Below the pieces are notes generated by a model. That model was given only the letters and a program-made list of their open reading frames with translations, was not told the origin of the DNA and did not search any database. DNA of 64,000 nucleotides from Ptychomitrium polyphyllum (taxonomy: Eukaryota): positions 20,088,001 to 20,152,000 of the forward strand of contig OZ316775.1 of the NCBI GenBank assembly GCA_973851085.1, given 5' to 3'. Of this stretch, positions 25,574 to 39,707 are shown one piece after another (position 1 is the stretch's first letter; each line of letters opens with the position of its first letter). Both the position numbers and the translations under genes were made by a program.

Positions 25574-27270
25574 TTATGAAGAATTCTTGACTTGGAAGGA
25601 CTTCATCAACGACACAAGCTTCTCAACCCCAGCCCTGGGCATAGCATTATAGATTGACGCTCTCACACCTCCCACAGAACGGTGACCCTTGAGTTGCACC
25701 ATTCCTTGCGAGGCTGCTTCTTTGAGGAAGGCAGCCTCCAATTCGGGAGTTCCCATCGTGAATGGCACGTTCATGCAGGAGCGGACAGATTTCTCAACTG
25801 GGCATTTGTAGAACCCGTTGCTGCCATCGATAGCGTCATAGAGGAGCTGGGCCTTCTCGATGTTCCTCTTTTCGACTGCTTCAAGACCACCTTGCGCCAA
25901 AAGATCCTCGAATACGAGACCACAGACATAAATGGTGAAGCAAGGAGGAGTATTATAAAGAGAATCATTATCAGCATGGGTTTTGAAGTCCAGCATCACC
26001 GGGGTTTGAGCTTGTGCCTTTCCGAGAAGGTCTTTGCGCACAATCGCAATCGCCACACCAGCGGGACCAATGTTCTTCTGTACTCCACCATAGATGACTC
26101 CAAACTTCGACACGTCAATGGGCTTGGAACAGAAGTTTGACGACACGTCCGCAACCAAGATGGTGTCACCATCGACTTCAGGATAATCCTTAAACTCAAC
26201 TCCCTGGATCGTCTCGTTCGCACAGATGTGTACATATTTGGCTCCTGGGGTGAGCTTGCGCTCTGAAGCTGATGGCAACCTCGTGTACTTTTCTGACTTT
26301 CCAGACCACACAAGGTTCGCCTTGCAATACTTCTTGGCCTCCTTGTAGGCCTTGTCACTCCAAGAGCCTGCAATGTGCATATACTACATTAGACTCACGA
26401 AGATTTCTCGAATGCCACATTTCTAGCAGACCAAGAGTCGAGCTGGTAACAAAACAGAGGAAATAAAATCTTCAGGCAGAAAGAATCCATTACCCGCAAT
26501 ACTCAACGTGAGAACAAAATTCCTAAATTCACTTCAAAACAACGTACTCTGCCTCTGAGAAACATAGAATCTACACAATCATGCTCAGAAGTGAGAACTA
26601 TAATATCAAGAAAGGTTAGAGCCCAGTACAATTACAAATGCCGTTCTTCCTTTCACGGATCATCACGACAACCCATTGCGTAGACACACGGATTGGTACA
26701 TGCAATGAAACGACATTCAGCACAACAAGCCTACAGGGCAGAAGGCGCGGTACCTGTGACAATATAGTCGGCAACTTCCTCTGGCCCGCAGAGATTCAAG
26801 GGAATGGACGAGAACTGAGTGGAAGCTCCTCCTTGCAAGAACAAAACTGCGTAGTTATCCGGCACCTTCAAAAGCTCCCGGAAATCCTTCTCGGCCTTCT
26901 GGATAATGGAGGTAAACTCCTTACCACGGTGCGACATCTCCATGACACTCATCCCACTCCCGCGCCAGTTGAAAAGTTCATCCTGCGCCTGCTTCACAAC
27001 CTTCGCCGGCAAGGTCGCCGGGCCAGCCGCAAAGTTGAACACACGGCCATCAGCCTCAACATCCGCCAACGAGCTATCAGCTCCCTTCTGCTCAGCAATC
27101 GACGAAGCCGCATTACACTTCGTAACTAACCGCGGAAACGCTTGTGGCGTCTTCACAAACGCCGCCTTCGCATTCACAACCGCGGCTCCCTGAAAGCTGG
27201 ACCTCAGATCGCCCACCGCGAACTGATTCCTCGCCACAACTCCCTGCTGCACGGCCATAACTCCCTCCAT
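25574..27270 (-). CDS. PSAT: Plastid phosphoserine aminotransferase. Exons 27270-26754, 26367-25574
   Basis: Transit-peptide-like N-terminus, [50 protein letters not shown]-lysine motif [12 protein letters not shown] and [17 protein letters not shown]. Confidence 0.97.
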
Positions 27271-29559
27271 AGCTCTCGCTAAACCCCTCTGAAATGCAAA
27301 ACCCTAGATCCGCACAGCAAACCTCGTCTCTGCACCAATAGACGCGAGACTGATGCTCAACGAACCGTCAAGAAGTGCAGAAACTGGAACTAAGACCGAA
27401 ACACTCTCTCTGGTCTCCACAGCGCCGTCTTTAAAGACCGCCTCGCAACGATCTCTCACAACAACCTCGAAGCTCGCCGCGGGACCTACAATTTTGCACA
27501 ACTGGAAATGCTCTTTACTTTGCTATAATGCAGATTTGGAACAAAATATCCAAAACCGTCATTATGCTTAATCAGACACAATCTACAACTCACAGAGACA
27601 AGAATCTTTGGAGTATACCAAGGCGCTACATAGTTCCAAGCGTGACGGCTTTATGTTTTAGGACCTAAGGAGACGACGGTGATTTCGATGAGAAAGCAGT
27701 TAACGATGGACAGATATTTACCCGGGTAGCATCTTTCATCCGGGGTGAAAGCATGTCAGGGTTTCTAAATACAATCTTGGCGTTATTAAGAGATCGAATT
27801 AATGCCGTCGATGCTCCGCTGAGAAGTCTCGTTAACCGGAGCTTGGAGGAGCTTTTACAGAATGTTGGTTTTGGGGTTGTGTTGGTATTGAGAGTGTGTG
27901 GGTGGCAGTTTATGGAATCAAGTGAGTTGAACGTGATGCTTTGAACAATGCGGGGAACGGATGACTCCAAATAATTCTCTCATATCGTCACTGAGAGCCT
28001 GTTCCACAGGATTCAGGATGCTGATTGTGGGCGGGCTGAAGTCTATCTGACGCGAGGGTTGAACGTGTGCAAATTTCGGGGAACAGGTACTTCTTGAGCA
28101 ATTCGAGAGGTGGACATTGGACGGTGAGGAAGTAGCCACCTCAGCATATTAATCGACGAATTTTGAGCCAATGGGGCTTCGTTGTTTTCACTTCTGAATC
28201 AAATTGTGACCATGAATTGGTAATGGTGTATCAAGATTTTTGTTGCTTTTTTAAGTATTGTCAATCATTCGAAAATATTGTATGTTTGTATTGATAGAAG
28301 TAGATGATGTATGTGCGTGATAAATACCATTGAAAGAAATATAATTTTTGCAACATTTTAATAGTTGAAGGTTGTCTAGCATATATTAGCATATATTGTT
28401 TTAAGATTCTATAAAATAATTATAACTTTTGGAAATTTTAAATGTGAAATACATTCAAAATAATTCTAAATTTGAAATTTAAATGGTGTTTATTCTTACA
28501 GTTGTTCCAGACTTTTCTCATAATTTTAATTTCACAAATATTATGTATAAAGGATTCACATTCCTCATGTATAAACTATTTTTTATTAAAAAAAAGTGAA
28601 TCCTATAATATATTGTATTTGAGTATGTTCTTTATTCAAGTAAAATCAATTACTTTAATAATGTATCTCCTTCATCAAAAGGCTCTACAAACACCATATA
28701 ATATAAATATTGAAAAAAAAAAATCAATTTTCTCTTTTTCTATCGAGTAAAGTAATGCTTTTTAATTTCAACCTTAAAGTGGAAGGTGAACAAATCTATT
28801 AAATGCAACAAATTCAAAACAACTCAAATTCAAATTATAGCATAACCTTAGTACTATACATTCACTTCCAAGACTTTCTTTTAAAATTTCTTTATCAAAT
28901 AAATTAAAAATTATAGATATGATTAAATGATATTTAAGCAATTGAATTATAAAAACCAATAACAATTATAGTATTTGAAATCTTTAGTTGCCATATTGAA
29001 GTATAAAAATAATGCTCTAAATAACTATTATTTATTATTAAACATCCAAAATACCTTCATATTCATAGAAACACAAGTTCAATTTTGAAAGCTCCAATGA
29101 AAAGTATAGAGGTCTAAAGTTGCATATCTATATCACTATAGTTGTTAAAATGTTTGTTTGATAAATCTAAACTTTTTTTTTTTTTTTTTTTTAATTTTTT
29201 TTTTTAAAAGTGTATGAGTACACAAACAAAGATGTTTCATACATGTGTATATGTGTTCAAATGCATGTGGATCATTTTGTCCTTGCATGCATGTATGCCG
29301 TTAGACAACATGTACATGAGGCATACATGCATTGAATAACCTTAATCATCATTCTTATTGGACATAGGATTTTGAATATTTGTCGAGCTCTGCACCATTC
29401 CGTAGTCTCCTACCCTATGAGACGAGAGAACAAAACTGCAGCCTCTAATTTTGACCAAATGTCTGTGTGCTGGCACTTGGGAACGTGCGTCACAACCTTG
29501 AGTCCAAATGCATCGGCGTTCCAAATGGTCATGTGCATTCAGCTCTCATCAAAACGTAC

Positions 29560-29719
29560 AGGTTGCACGGTTATAGATAACTTCTCGGTTACTTGGTAAG
29601 GTTGCACGGTTATAGATAACTTCTCGGTTACTTGGTAAGGTTGCACGGTTATAGATAACTTCTCGGTTACTTGGTAAGGTTTCACGGTTATAGATAACTT
29701 CTCGGTTACTTGGTAAGGT
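29560..29719. repeat. 39-bp tandem repeat, 4 copies
   Basis: AGGTTGCACGGTTATAGATAACTTCTCGGTTACTTGGTA repeated head to tail, with one substitution in copy 4 and no spacers. Confidence 0.95.
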
Positions 29720-31953
29720 GCGAAGGTAACATCCCTTCCCTTCCCTATTGAGATGTTTATACAACATGGTACATGTGAATGTATGTATGTATGGTATATA
29801 TATGGATATGTGTATTTTTGTAAATTTTTGAAACAAAATCAACTAAAGTTTGAGACAAAAGTATTGAACATTATTCTTTTAGTCCTTTACTTGTCTTCAA
29901 TAGTAAAGATGATTGAGGATTTTGATATATTTAAAATCTTGAGACGTGTTCAAAGATGTGAGTACTATGACATAATTCATGACTTCTTTATTATTCCTGA
30001 TATTTATTTCATGTATATTTTAAGTTTATAATGTTATGATTTTTGCACTTTATAATGTTATGATTTTTGCATTGTATAAGATATTTATGAAAACTTGTTT
30101 TTGAAATTTAATAAACTTTTTGATTTTTTTATCAAGAAGGATCTAAAAATCATGGATATAAGATGCTTTGTGGTTGGAAGAAACTTTATGTGGTTTGGAA
30201 TTGAAGAATTGAGTGATTTGTGAAATAATACCTCTATATTAAAGTATTTTTTTCAAGAGTATCGAAGATATTTAATGCTAATAAATTGATGTCTTGTTAC
30301 TAAAAAATTTAGTAAGTAGTCATCTTTAATATGTTATTAAAAGAAAGATACAAATTTCAAAGAAACAACAAATTTAAAAGCAAGAATCACCAAAGAAAAA
30401 AATTATACTTGAAATAATAAATTGTTTGCGTCAAAAAATTAAGCAAAAAACTAAATGAAAATCAAAATAAAAAGTGCCAAAAGATAATGATACAACAATA
30501 AAAGTTTACAAGGATCATTTAGTTGATTAAAAATAATAGCATTTAATTATTTAAACAACAAAATAAAAAAGATAATCATATGTGGAATTGTTAAATATAA
30601 ATATGATTAATTAAATAAAAATCGCAAGATTTATCCATTGCCAAATTTAGAATATGGTATTTTTATTTCAAGTGTCACAAAAATATTCTTATACAAATTA
30701 ATTACAATATGGTATATAATGTGAAGGTTTTGGACTTTGAAGATGTGCCAAATTTTTTAAGTTAACAAAAAGAATTGGAGTTGTAGAATATGAAAAGAAA
30801 GATTGTAAAATTGCAATCATTGCACAAAAAATGGATTTATAGGAAGTATAAAGTTATAAATTCTATCCTCAGTATTAGTTGGATTAACAATTTTTAGTGC
30901 TATATTGAAAGCACTTCATGATGTAATACATAGTATAATACAAATAATTAATGGATTATAATATAACTTAATATTTTGATCATTAATTAATTTTTTCTTT
31001 AGCCAAGAATATCAATTCATTATTCACCCTTCAATGAAATCATTTTGGGTTCAAATTTAATGTCATTCTAATCATATTCCAATGTCATTCTAGTCATAAT
31101 TCCAATGCTTTTATAAAGGCTCTACAACAAACCAACAAAATCCATAGTTACATTTCTTACATACACCAATACAAACCTCATTTGTTTAATGATTCAATTA
31201 CACATTCCAACATAAGAGCTATCTTTGACCAACTCACATGAGATAGAGAACTTAAAGTTTTCATATGAAACCATGTATGTAGAGACCAATTTCGTGGAAG
31301 GTTAATCAAAATTTATCCTTGGTTCTACGTTTTTAAGGTGACTTTTCATGTAATTGATCTCTAAATACACGAATTCATCTGGCAAAAGGAGAAGACTTAA
31401 AAGAAACAAACTTTATCTCATTAGGTTTGAAAGTGGGTGAGACTCCAAATAACTGCTGTATGCAGCATTTCTTAAAATATAACCTATTTCCTGCTGTATT
31501 CAGCATTAGACCCCTGGTTCCAACAGGATAGTACAGAACCTCAATAGTAATGTGACACTAAGCCATAATACTTCAATGCAACGAGCCTGGGAACGTCGAG
31601 ACAAGACAAAACCCGAAGATCAAGAGGCTGATTTCCACAGCAACTTCGCTAGCTATAGAGAGGCTGAGAAATTGGGAGCCTAATAGGGGGGTTCTCCATA
31701 CGATATGCCGATACAAATGCTCAAAGAAGAGAGGCACGACGAAAAAATGGAAAGTAACATTGGAAACAGAGATATTTCAGGATAGCATCTTTGGCGTAAC
31801 TATTTAAAATTGTTTCAAGGAGTTTTGTTCCTAAAGCAAAACAAGGTACAACGTAAGCTGCGGATCAATGACATTTATAAATCACTTCATCAAACGAGAG
31901 CAATAGAGTATTTGGTCTGCCATTTGTATAATCTTCAGAAGTCCGACAGAAAT

Positions 31954-33729
31954 TTACAAGCCAAAGCCAAAAACAGCCCGAATCTTGTGAAAGATCAGAT
32001 CTCGCCATCCCCTCTCAGTGTTTTCTACCACTGTTGCATTGCCGTAGCTGCAAGAATATTAGAAAGACACGATTTAGAGCAGAGATAGTAAACTGTCTAC
32101 ATGATCTGAAAATAGGTGTAAAATGAGAACTATAACGGAAAAAATCGTCCCCCTCACTCCTTTCCCACATATTTCAAACCACCTCATTTCTAAAGCATTA
32201 CACACCTACGGATATCAAACCATCAATGGAGGCGACAATTCCAAGTCGGAGAAATTGTACAAATAGAAAATTATTTATGTACCTGTCCTCATCTGGGACA
32301 TTCGTCTGAGTCAGCTTCACCACAGTAAGGCCAACCTCAGGTTCCTCGAGAGTCAAGATCACCTGCACGAGGCAACATATACAGTTCTAAGGAGCTTACA
32401 ATGCAATTAGTACTGCACAAACCCAACTGCAGAAGGCGCATGCACTGAGCACTGCAAAATGGAGATATCTGCCATTGAAACTTGTCTAGTACTTTCAACT
32501 TAGAGATGGATTTGGTTTATCTTAGTCAAAAGCATTGCATAACATCAGAGGAGCAGAAAGCTTACGTTTGAATAGTGACCATCTGCCCAACTGCTAAATC
32601 TCCATTTCTGAACAATAAGTTTATTCTCTTGAAGTTGCACGTTGAGTCCCGTTACAGCTCCATCAAAAATAGAAAACATCCCTCCTACCTCCTTGCTGAT
32701 TTGAGCATTACTTTGTGTGAATGCCTTCCAACTTCTGTCGTTCATCAAGATTTCATAGAGATTGTTTGGTCGACAGTGGAACTTCTCGGTCAGACTGATT
32801 GTCTTGAAACCCTCCTTTACCTTAGGCTGTGGGGCACGAGCTGCTGTTGAAGGTGCTTCTTTAACTTCAGGAGTTGAAATCCGTGTAGCCTTCTCAGACT
32901 TCTCGGACACTTTCACTGTAGCTTTTCCTTCCAATTCATCCTTCGCAGGTCCTCCAGCAGCAAATTCCTTCACAAATTGAGCTACCTTCTTAAGAACAGT
33001 AGCCTTACCTTTGGCAAGAAAGGCCTCACGAAGGCGTTGTCCTATAGGCGACTCATCTTTCACAGACACCTTAACCTCTGGATCATCATCTGCGTTCTCA
33101 TCTGCGACATAAGGAAACTCTACAAGGCCCGTGACTGTCGCCAAAGAATTTCCACTACCATCTTTTGCTTCTCCCTTCCAGTTCACTTTTATGGCGATTT
33201 CATAACCTGGAATAATCTTCCCCTTCCTGCATTGTAGAAGCATAGTCAATCAGTAAATCTGACTCCAAAAACAAAATTTGCCAAATATGAGAAACTATGC
33301 GCATGAATACAAAGGGTAATACAGACAAGAAGATGGAGGAAGATACTGCAGAATGAAATGGATCACAATTCGTTTTCTTTAAATACTCTCGAACATCGAC
33401 ATAATTGTAGTGATTGCCTACTAAAAGATCACACCGTTGAATGAAAACTACAAGTTTATACTGAAATTGGAGTATGGTCAAACAGATATGCTTCATGATT
33501 CTAACCTGATATTGACATAAGCGTCCCCAGTCACACTGTCAAGATTTGTCGTTTGGATCCACAGACCACCCTCTCCATCAAAAATAGTAACATTCTCTAG
33601 CAGCTCAGCAAGCCTTTTCTTGGACCATGGTAGGCAGTCCTTTTCATTCCAGTGCCAGTTGTGCACATTCGCTCCGTCCGGTCTTTCTTGTACTATCCAC
33701 CTCTTATCTCCTTCTCCAAACTTGGCCAT
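31954..33729 (-). CDS. AHA1: Activator of Hsp90 ATPase. Exons 33729-33506, 33226-32566, 32362-32283, 32047-31954
   Basis: MAKFGEGDKRWIVQERPDGANVHNWHWNEKDC, NIRKGKIIPGYE, and an AHSA1 C-domain (FDGAVTG..LIVQKWRF..W; TERGWRDLIFHKIRAVFGFG). Splice phases are consistent. Confidence 0.95.
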
Positions 33730-36700
33730 GTCGAACCTCAAATTGGTGACAACGAGAGCAAGTGAACTAGGCAATACTTAGCTCTGGAAGTTGAGTGCTA
33801 CGAAGGCTGCACACAGCAACAAACAACTCAAAACGGAAGTCGAAAAGTTGAAAACTTACAAAAATAAGTTGAAAACTCATATATGCGTTTATAGATACAG
33901 ATCAATGAAAGAATCTACTGTAAATTAATGCACTACACTTAATTAAAACAACAGTCCCCAGTCTAAGTGCCTTCAGGATTTTACCCCTGGACAAGAGCAA
34001 GTTGTTCTAGAAGTGAAGAATAATTGCAAAGATCAATCGAGGGATGAACTGAGCATTGAAGATGTTAAGAAGTCGAAAGACAAGCTTTCAAACAGCATCA
34101 TTGGGAACTGGTGGCCAAAGGTAAAGCAACCCTTACAGAAGCATTGATGAACAGATAAGAATGCCAAAAGTAATCATGCATCGCTTTGCAGTGCTTTAAA
34201 GCAAAATCAACCCGTTTGATACCAGTAACGAACAAAGCAGATGGACATAGGCTAATAAACTGACATATTATGCACCTTCAGACTTACGAAATACCCCTGA
34301 CTTTCACAATAATATCCAGAGAAATAAACACTAGAATCTGCAAATCTGTGTAAACATGTGTCATTTGTGATCCTCCAAAAAAGCCTACATCTTTCTAAAA
34401 TTTAGGTATAATCTCATGCTAAGGTCGTTCTCCAAATCGAAAATCATAAACGCGACAAACTTGAGGACGTAAGGAATCCAACACGACAAACAGTCATTTG
34501 AAAATTAACTGTTTCAAAACAAGTGATAGCTTTACAGAGAATAAATCCGATACCTTCTGACTTGTTATGCTTCATATAGTGGAAAAGCAAGATAAGCGGA
34601 GCCAGTGTCCACCTTCACAATATCTAATCAAGAGCACAGTTTCTACCATCTATACTCAAATAGAGCCCTAAGGTCGAGAACGAAGCATTACGTAGAGCGA
34701 AAGTGCAAGTTTACACTATTATGAAATCATCTCAGAATGGAAATGCCGACCAAATCGGGACGCTTCGTGTTTCATTCCGTTCGACAGTGCAGAACCAAGA
34801 GAACATCGCAAACGCTACTACACTCTCGCTGCCCTACATTAGAGCCCACAACACACCTTCAAAACTTTCAAACTTATTAATACACGACAAACACAAACAC
34901 AACTGTAAACCAAATACCAACTCTCCCGAACATACCATCACCAGGAATATAAAAATCACATACACACAAACAATTCAAAACCAAAAACCGAAAAAATTGC
35001 ATACATTTTCCTGGCCCACGCTTCTGATCCCTAAAACTTCTTCCTTCCATAACTAACCCCTAAGCCTACACTACAACCCTTCCAAATAACCCGAAATACC
35101 AGAAACCAGAAAGGAAACCTAAAACACGATTCTTCACAAAGAGATCAGTGCAAAGCTCTCCACCACAAGAGCGCCATTTCTGAGACACATACCAACAACC
35201 CAAAAACCGACACTGCCCAAACCCTCAACTCGCCTGACCTAAAAAACGCTCCTACCTAAAAACGCACCCACAAAGAACGCCAGCTCCGAAATGCAACACG
35301 TGAGTCGTTCTCTGCCAAGCACCTATCTGTGATACCCCACATCAGCGAAACGAATCCCCAGCGTCTCCGAAAGCAACCACTCCAAGACCCCAATTCCGGA
35401 GCCCCTTCCAAGACAACACAGAATGCCCCGAATGCAGCACACTTGAAAGAAAAGGAAAAGAGGCGAACCAGCGGGGTTGGTGGTGCTGCACAGGAGCAGA
35501 TGCCAACAATTGCCCCCGCAGCAGCGCGGAGGAATTCGTTATATGGATCTGCAACCAGTCTGTGCGGCGGAACTCGCTGCAGACAGAAGACACACTAGGG
35601 AAACAGACTGCGCTGCTCAGCATTCCAGAACTTTCACGACGCTTGCCACCTGCTGGCCCGGTCGCCTCCCGGTTGCAGTGCCAGTTTCGTTCTCACACGG
35701 AGCCTTTCACCACGGATAGTGAGTCGTCCGACCTCTGCCGAGTATCACCCCAGGTATAACACGAGTATAACACAAGTATGACACCAGTATTTACTGGATA
35801 TAGCATGGACAGCATATCGAAATGTGGTCACAGGGTACCACCCGTGTGTAAGCGGATATGGCGCGAGCATAAACTTATCCGGTGTTTCATCTTTTTTTGA
35901 GTACTCCCATGTGCATCTCTTCCTACTTGAGGCCGGTTTTGCATGAAGTGAAGGATGTTATGCCATGGTTTGCTACGTATAAAATCAAAAGCATTGGATG
36001 CATAATTGAAGCTATTATTATTACATTTTTGTATTACAGCATAAACATGTTTGAATAATGTTTTAGCTGCATTTTTTTTTTTGTAATCATGCATTTAGAA
36101 CTTGCATGGAACTCATTGTCATATACATTGAGTTTTCTTCCACCAAAGTTTTCATGCAAAAAAACTTTGTTTACATTTATTGTGAGAAGATTTGTTCAAA
36201 GTCCTTATTTTCATTGTTCATTATTTAGTTTTTTCAAGTTGATTATTCTAAAGTTTTGTATTGTTGTTGTTAACATTTTAAATCTTTAACCAAACCTTAT
36301 TCCTATGTAGAAATGTTAAAAAGAGCCATTGATTATTATACTCTTTTATCATTGTATGTAATAATTTAAAGAATGTTTTATTTTATGCGTAGTATATTGG
36401 TAGTAATTGTTAAAAATTGGAACTAAGTATGTCATAAATGAACAAAGTGAGTGAAGGAATTTTACACATCATTTTGTTGATTAACTTATAAGACAACCAT
36501 CACATCTTTGATATGATAACATTTAATGTAGATTTCTAACTCAAAAATGAAATCCTCACTAAAGTCTTAATTAATATGTGCAAACCAACAAAATGAATTG
36601 TAAGGTCTCTTTTACAAAAACCTAAAACTAATACCATCCAACCAACAATTGAATAACAAAGGATCTTATTCCAACACGTAGTAATAATACAAATCATAAC

Positions 36701-37036
36701 ACATGGTTAACATCATAAAAAACAATGCACAAGATGATACTTCATTCATAACCAACATTGTGTCCAAAATGCTCATTACCTTCTATAGCTGTTCACTTTG
36801 CAATCAGCACTAATTGAAGGCGGTGGACTTGTGGGTGTACGTCAAAGGTTGTTTTTCTTGCATCGTCTTTCTTTTCATCGTCTCTCTTTCATCGTCTTTC
36901 TTTTCAGCGTCTCTCTTTTAGCGTCTTTCTTGCACCGTTTCTCTTTCATGGTTTTACTTCCAATTGTCGCAGCGGATATCTACGATTGTTGCTTTGCATT
37001 GCTTTGCTTGTGGTCTTGCAGGTTTAGGGTTTAAGG

Positions 37037-38461
37037 ATGGCGCAGGGTGACATCACGGAATCAAAGCGACGCGTTGCTGTTATGCTTCCGCTAGGGATCA
37101 TTGAGAACGTGCTCTCTTTCTTATCCGTGCCGGATTTGTGTAGAATGCGGGCGGTCTGCAAGTCATGGAACGAGATTATCGACAGGCCAGGCTTCCACGA
37201 CCTCTGTGACGTGAACGGGAGAAACCATGAGTACTTGTTCATGTGGATGGAAGTTGTTTGGGAAATGAGAGTTGTAGTTAACCCGATTTTCTCAGACACA
37301 TTAAGCTTTCTTGACGTCAATGCGAAGCGATGGTATTCGATTCCAGTTGCGGATCCTCCTAGGGTTTGTGGTTGCGGGCACGAAGTTGAGAGCCGGTTCA
37401 TGGCGATGAACCATGGCCTTGTTTGCGAATTGACGACGGTAAAAGACTGCGAAGACGACCTATTTGCTTTAGCCATTTCTGACCCGGCTGCAAAGACGAG
37501 GAGGATGCTGCCAGCTCCGCCACCGGCAGTCTTCGGTGCCCCTGGCGGAGGCCATGTAATTGACAGTCTTATTGTCATTGCTGTAGATGGTGCCACCAGC
37601 AGCTACAAGGTTTTCCTCTTGAATAACCATTCTTCCCTTACCATTCCGTCACCGAGAGCCCAACCTAGGGTGTATGTACACGAATCATTCACCGACGAGT
37701 GGCACGTACTACGAAATCTACCAAACGGGGTTGAGGGGGATTGGGCATCGTCCGCCGTTGTTTTACACGAATCTCTATTCATACTTAAGCAACACGCAGA
37801 ATATAAACTTAGTCTTTTCAGGTACATATTCCGGGAAGATTCATGGGCGGAAGTGTACAATATGTACTTCCCTAGATCCTTCAACGGCAATGCTCAACTT
37901 ACTGTGACCAGCAATCGCTTGTTTTTGAGTGTGTGGTTGGCAGGTGCCCGTTCTTCCGACCCCAAATTCAATCCCCGTTCTTCTGACCCTGGCTTGGAAT
38001 CCGACTCCGACTGCCCGCACCCGGTGCTTTTTTTTGAGAACCGAAATTTCCCAGACACAGACGCATACTTTGAGATGTACGAGATAGCAGGTTATAGAAG
38101 AAAGCCAGTGGTACAATTGACTCGCGCTCAGCTGCTGGAGATCTTTGATGTTGATGTTGGAAATGATATCGATATTCAAAATGCAGTCCCTTGTGTTGAC
38201 TCTCACGGGATTTGCAACTCTATTGTACTGGTGCACACAGCTCGCGTGGGATTTGAGCTTAGAAGGTACGAGTTGGCAACCGGGTCAGTTGATGTCTTAC
38301 CCTCGCACCCTTTGGTGGAGCCCTCGGACGCTGAGGAGCCCTTGGACGATGAGGAGCCCATTGGAGAGTATTTTACCATGAAAAACATGAACCTGAGCTT
38401 GAGAAACTTGCTGGCACAGCGCCCGACGGTGACCTCTACGGGATGGAGACTTTTGCAATGA
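37037..38461 (+). CDS. Intronless F-box protein with divergent kelch/beta-propeller-like C-terminus
   Basis: 474-aa ORF. F-box LPLGIIENVLSFLSVPDLCRMRAVCKSWNEII, followed by HGLVC, SYKVF and VYVHESFTDEW motifs typical of plant F-box/kelch-like families. Confidence 0.85.
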   Translation: MAQGDITESKRRVAVMLPLGIIENVLSFLSVPDLCRMRAVCKSWNEIIDRPGFHDLCDVNGRNHEYLFMWMEVVWEMRVVVNPIFSDTLSFLDVNAKRWYSIPVADPPRVCGCGHEVESRFMAMNHGLVCELTTVKDCEDDLFALAISDPAAKTRRMLPAPPPAVFGAPGGGHVIDSLIVIAVDGATSSYKVFLLNNHSSLTIPSPRAQPRVYVHESFTDEWHVLRNLPNGVEGDWASSAVVLHESLFILKQHAEYKLSLFRYIFREDSWAEVYNMYFPRSFNGNAQLTVTSNRLFLSVWLAGARSSDPKFNPRSSDPGLESDSDCPHPVLFFENRNFPDTDAYFEMYEIAGYRRKPVVQLTRAQLLEIFDVDVGNDIDIQNAVPCVDSHGICNSIVLVHTARVGFELRRYELATGSVDVLPSHPLVEPSDAEEPLDDEEPIGEYFTMKNMNLSLRNLLAQRPTVTSTGWRLLQ

Positions 38462-39503
38462 GAATGCCATCACTATGGCTGACAATACCATAGGTATGGT
38501 GCGTGCCTGCTTCTGTTGTGTCCTGCATCGTTTCTTTTCGTGCAGTTGATTCCACGGGAATATTTGTTTATCAGGTGTCAACATTTGTTATGTAGATTGT
38601 ACTTAGCAATAGCGTGAGTGTTTGTATTCTTTTAACTTGTGTCAGTGTCCGGATTGACAATGTGAAACTCTGCAACATTTGGAAGCTTCCGGTCAAACAG
38701 TAAATCTTTGTGCAGGTGTCACTCTTGACATTCTGCAAGGACATCCTCCTTTGACTACTTGGAGCTTTTTTTTAGCAGAATTTGTCACGCTTTTCAGAAG
38801 TAGCTTTGGCATGTAATTCAATTCATTTCGATTTCATGGTGTTTTTTGATAAGGAGAAAGACTAAATCATGATTGCTTTTGGATGATTCTATTTTTTAAT
38901 ATGATTTTTAATCATTTTTCTTAGCATAACCAACTAAGAATAATTTATTATATAATTTAACTTTACCACCCAATGTTTGAAAAGAATTTTTGGATTAAAA
39001 ATTCAGGGTTCAATTTCATGCACTAATTTCATTAAAACAGCGTGATTTATGATCCAAAAATAACAATCCTGAATTATTATCCCGATATTATTCAAACCCA
39101 ATAATGATTAACTCCTAAGAATAATACCTACAGAAATCACAGGGAATCACGGCCTGCATTTCCCACTTAAGTTCATCATCTAAATAGGATAATGTAAACA
39201 GTAGAGTTATTCCTTAAGTAGAATGTCCTCATAAATAGAATATTCCTTATGAGCGAGGAATTGGACGAGCTTTGGATCCTTCATACAAATCAAAGGTTGA
39301 CTTATAAGAGCTCAATTAATTTTTGAGAAGGTCCCAAGTTAGAAGCTTCTCAAACACTCTTCGACATTGCAAAGGCTCTTTGTTGGTTCATAAAAGGACA
39401 TGGTGAAAAGCTGCTCCTTGTTGCAGCACTAATGAGTTTTAAAATATTTTTCCAGAAAATTTCTCTTTGAAGGAGATTTAATGGAGAACTTGATGTTGGT
39501 TAG

Positions 39504-39707
39504 AGGTACAACTATGGTTACAGATACAACGATGGAAATGGGTACAATGATGGCTATGGATACAACAACGGCTGTGGATTCAACAATGCCTATGGGTACA
39601 GCAATGGGTATGGATTTAACGACAGGTATGCATACGACGACGGGTATGGATACGGAGACGGGTATGTATCCAACGACGATTATGGGTACAGCGACGGCTA
39701 TGGGTAG
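39504..39707 (+). repeat. Degenerate 18-nt coding-like repeat encoding GY(N/D)DGY units; possible orphan exon
   Basis: Frame from 39504 reads RYNYGYRYNDGNGYNDGYGYNNGCGFNNAYGYSNGYGFNDRYAYDDGYGYGDGYVSNDDYGYSDGYG*. It is preceded by TAG (possible acceptor) and has no ATG. Confidence 0.6.

Noticed and set aside
25682..27193. Long antisense or alternate-frame ORFs over PSAT (similarly over RPL12, NRT2, the monooxygenase and the F-box genes)
   Set aside because: Shadow ORFs of real coding sequence with no independent motifs.
27665..28139. Possible Tc1/IS630 transposase remnant (SPPTISILNPVEQALS resembles PYSPDLNPIE)
   Set aside because: One weak motif only, with no other DDE motifs or terminal inverted repeats seen.
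29560..29719. CRISPR-like array
   Set aside because: Head-to-tail identical units with no unique spacers, no cas genes and a eukaryotic context. The same applies to 51671-51817.
39228..39253. GAATATTC (P1BS-like) flanked by a 7-bp inverted repeat
   Set aside because: A short motif expected by chance in AT-rich DNA, with no clear target gene.
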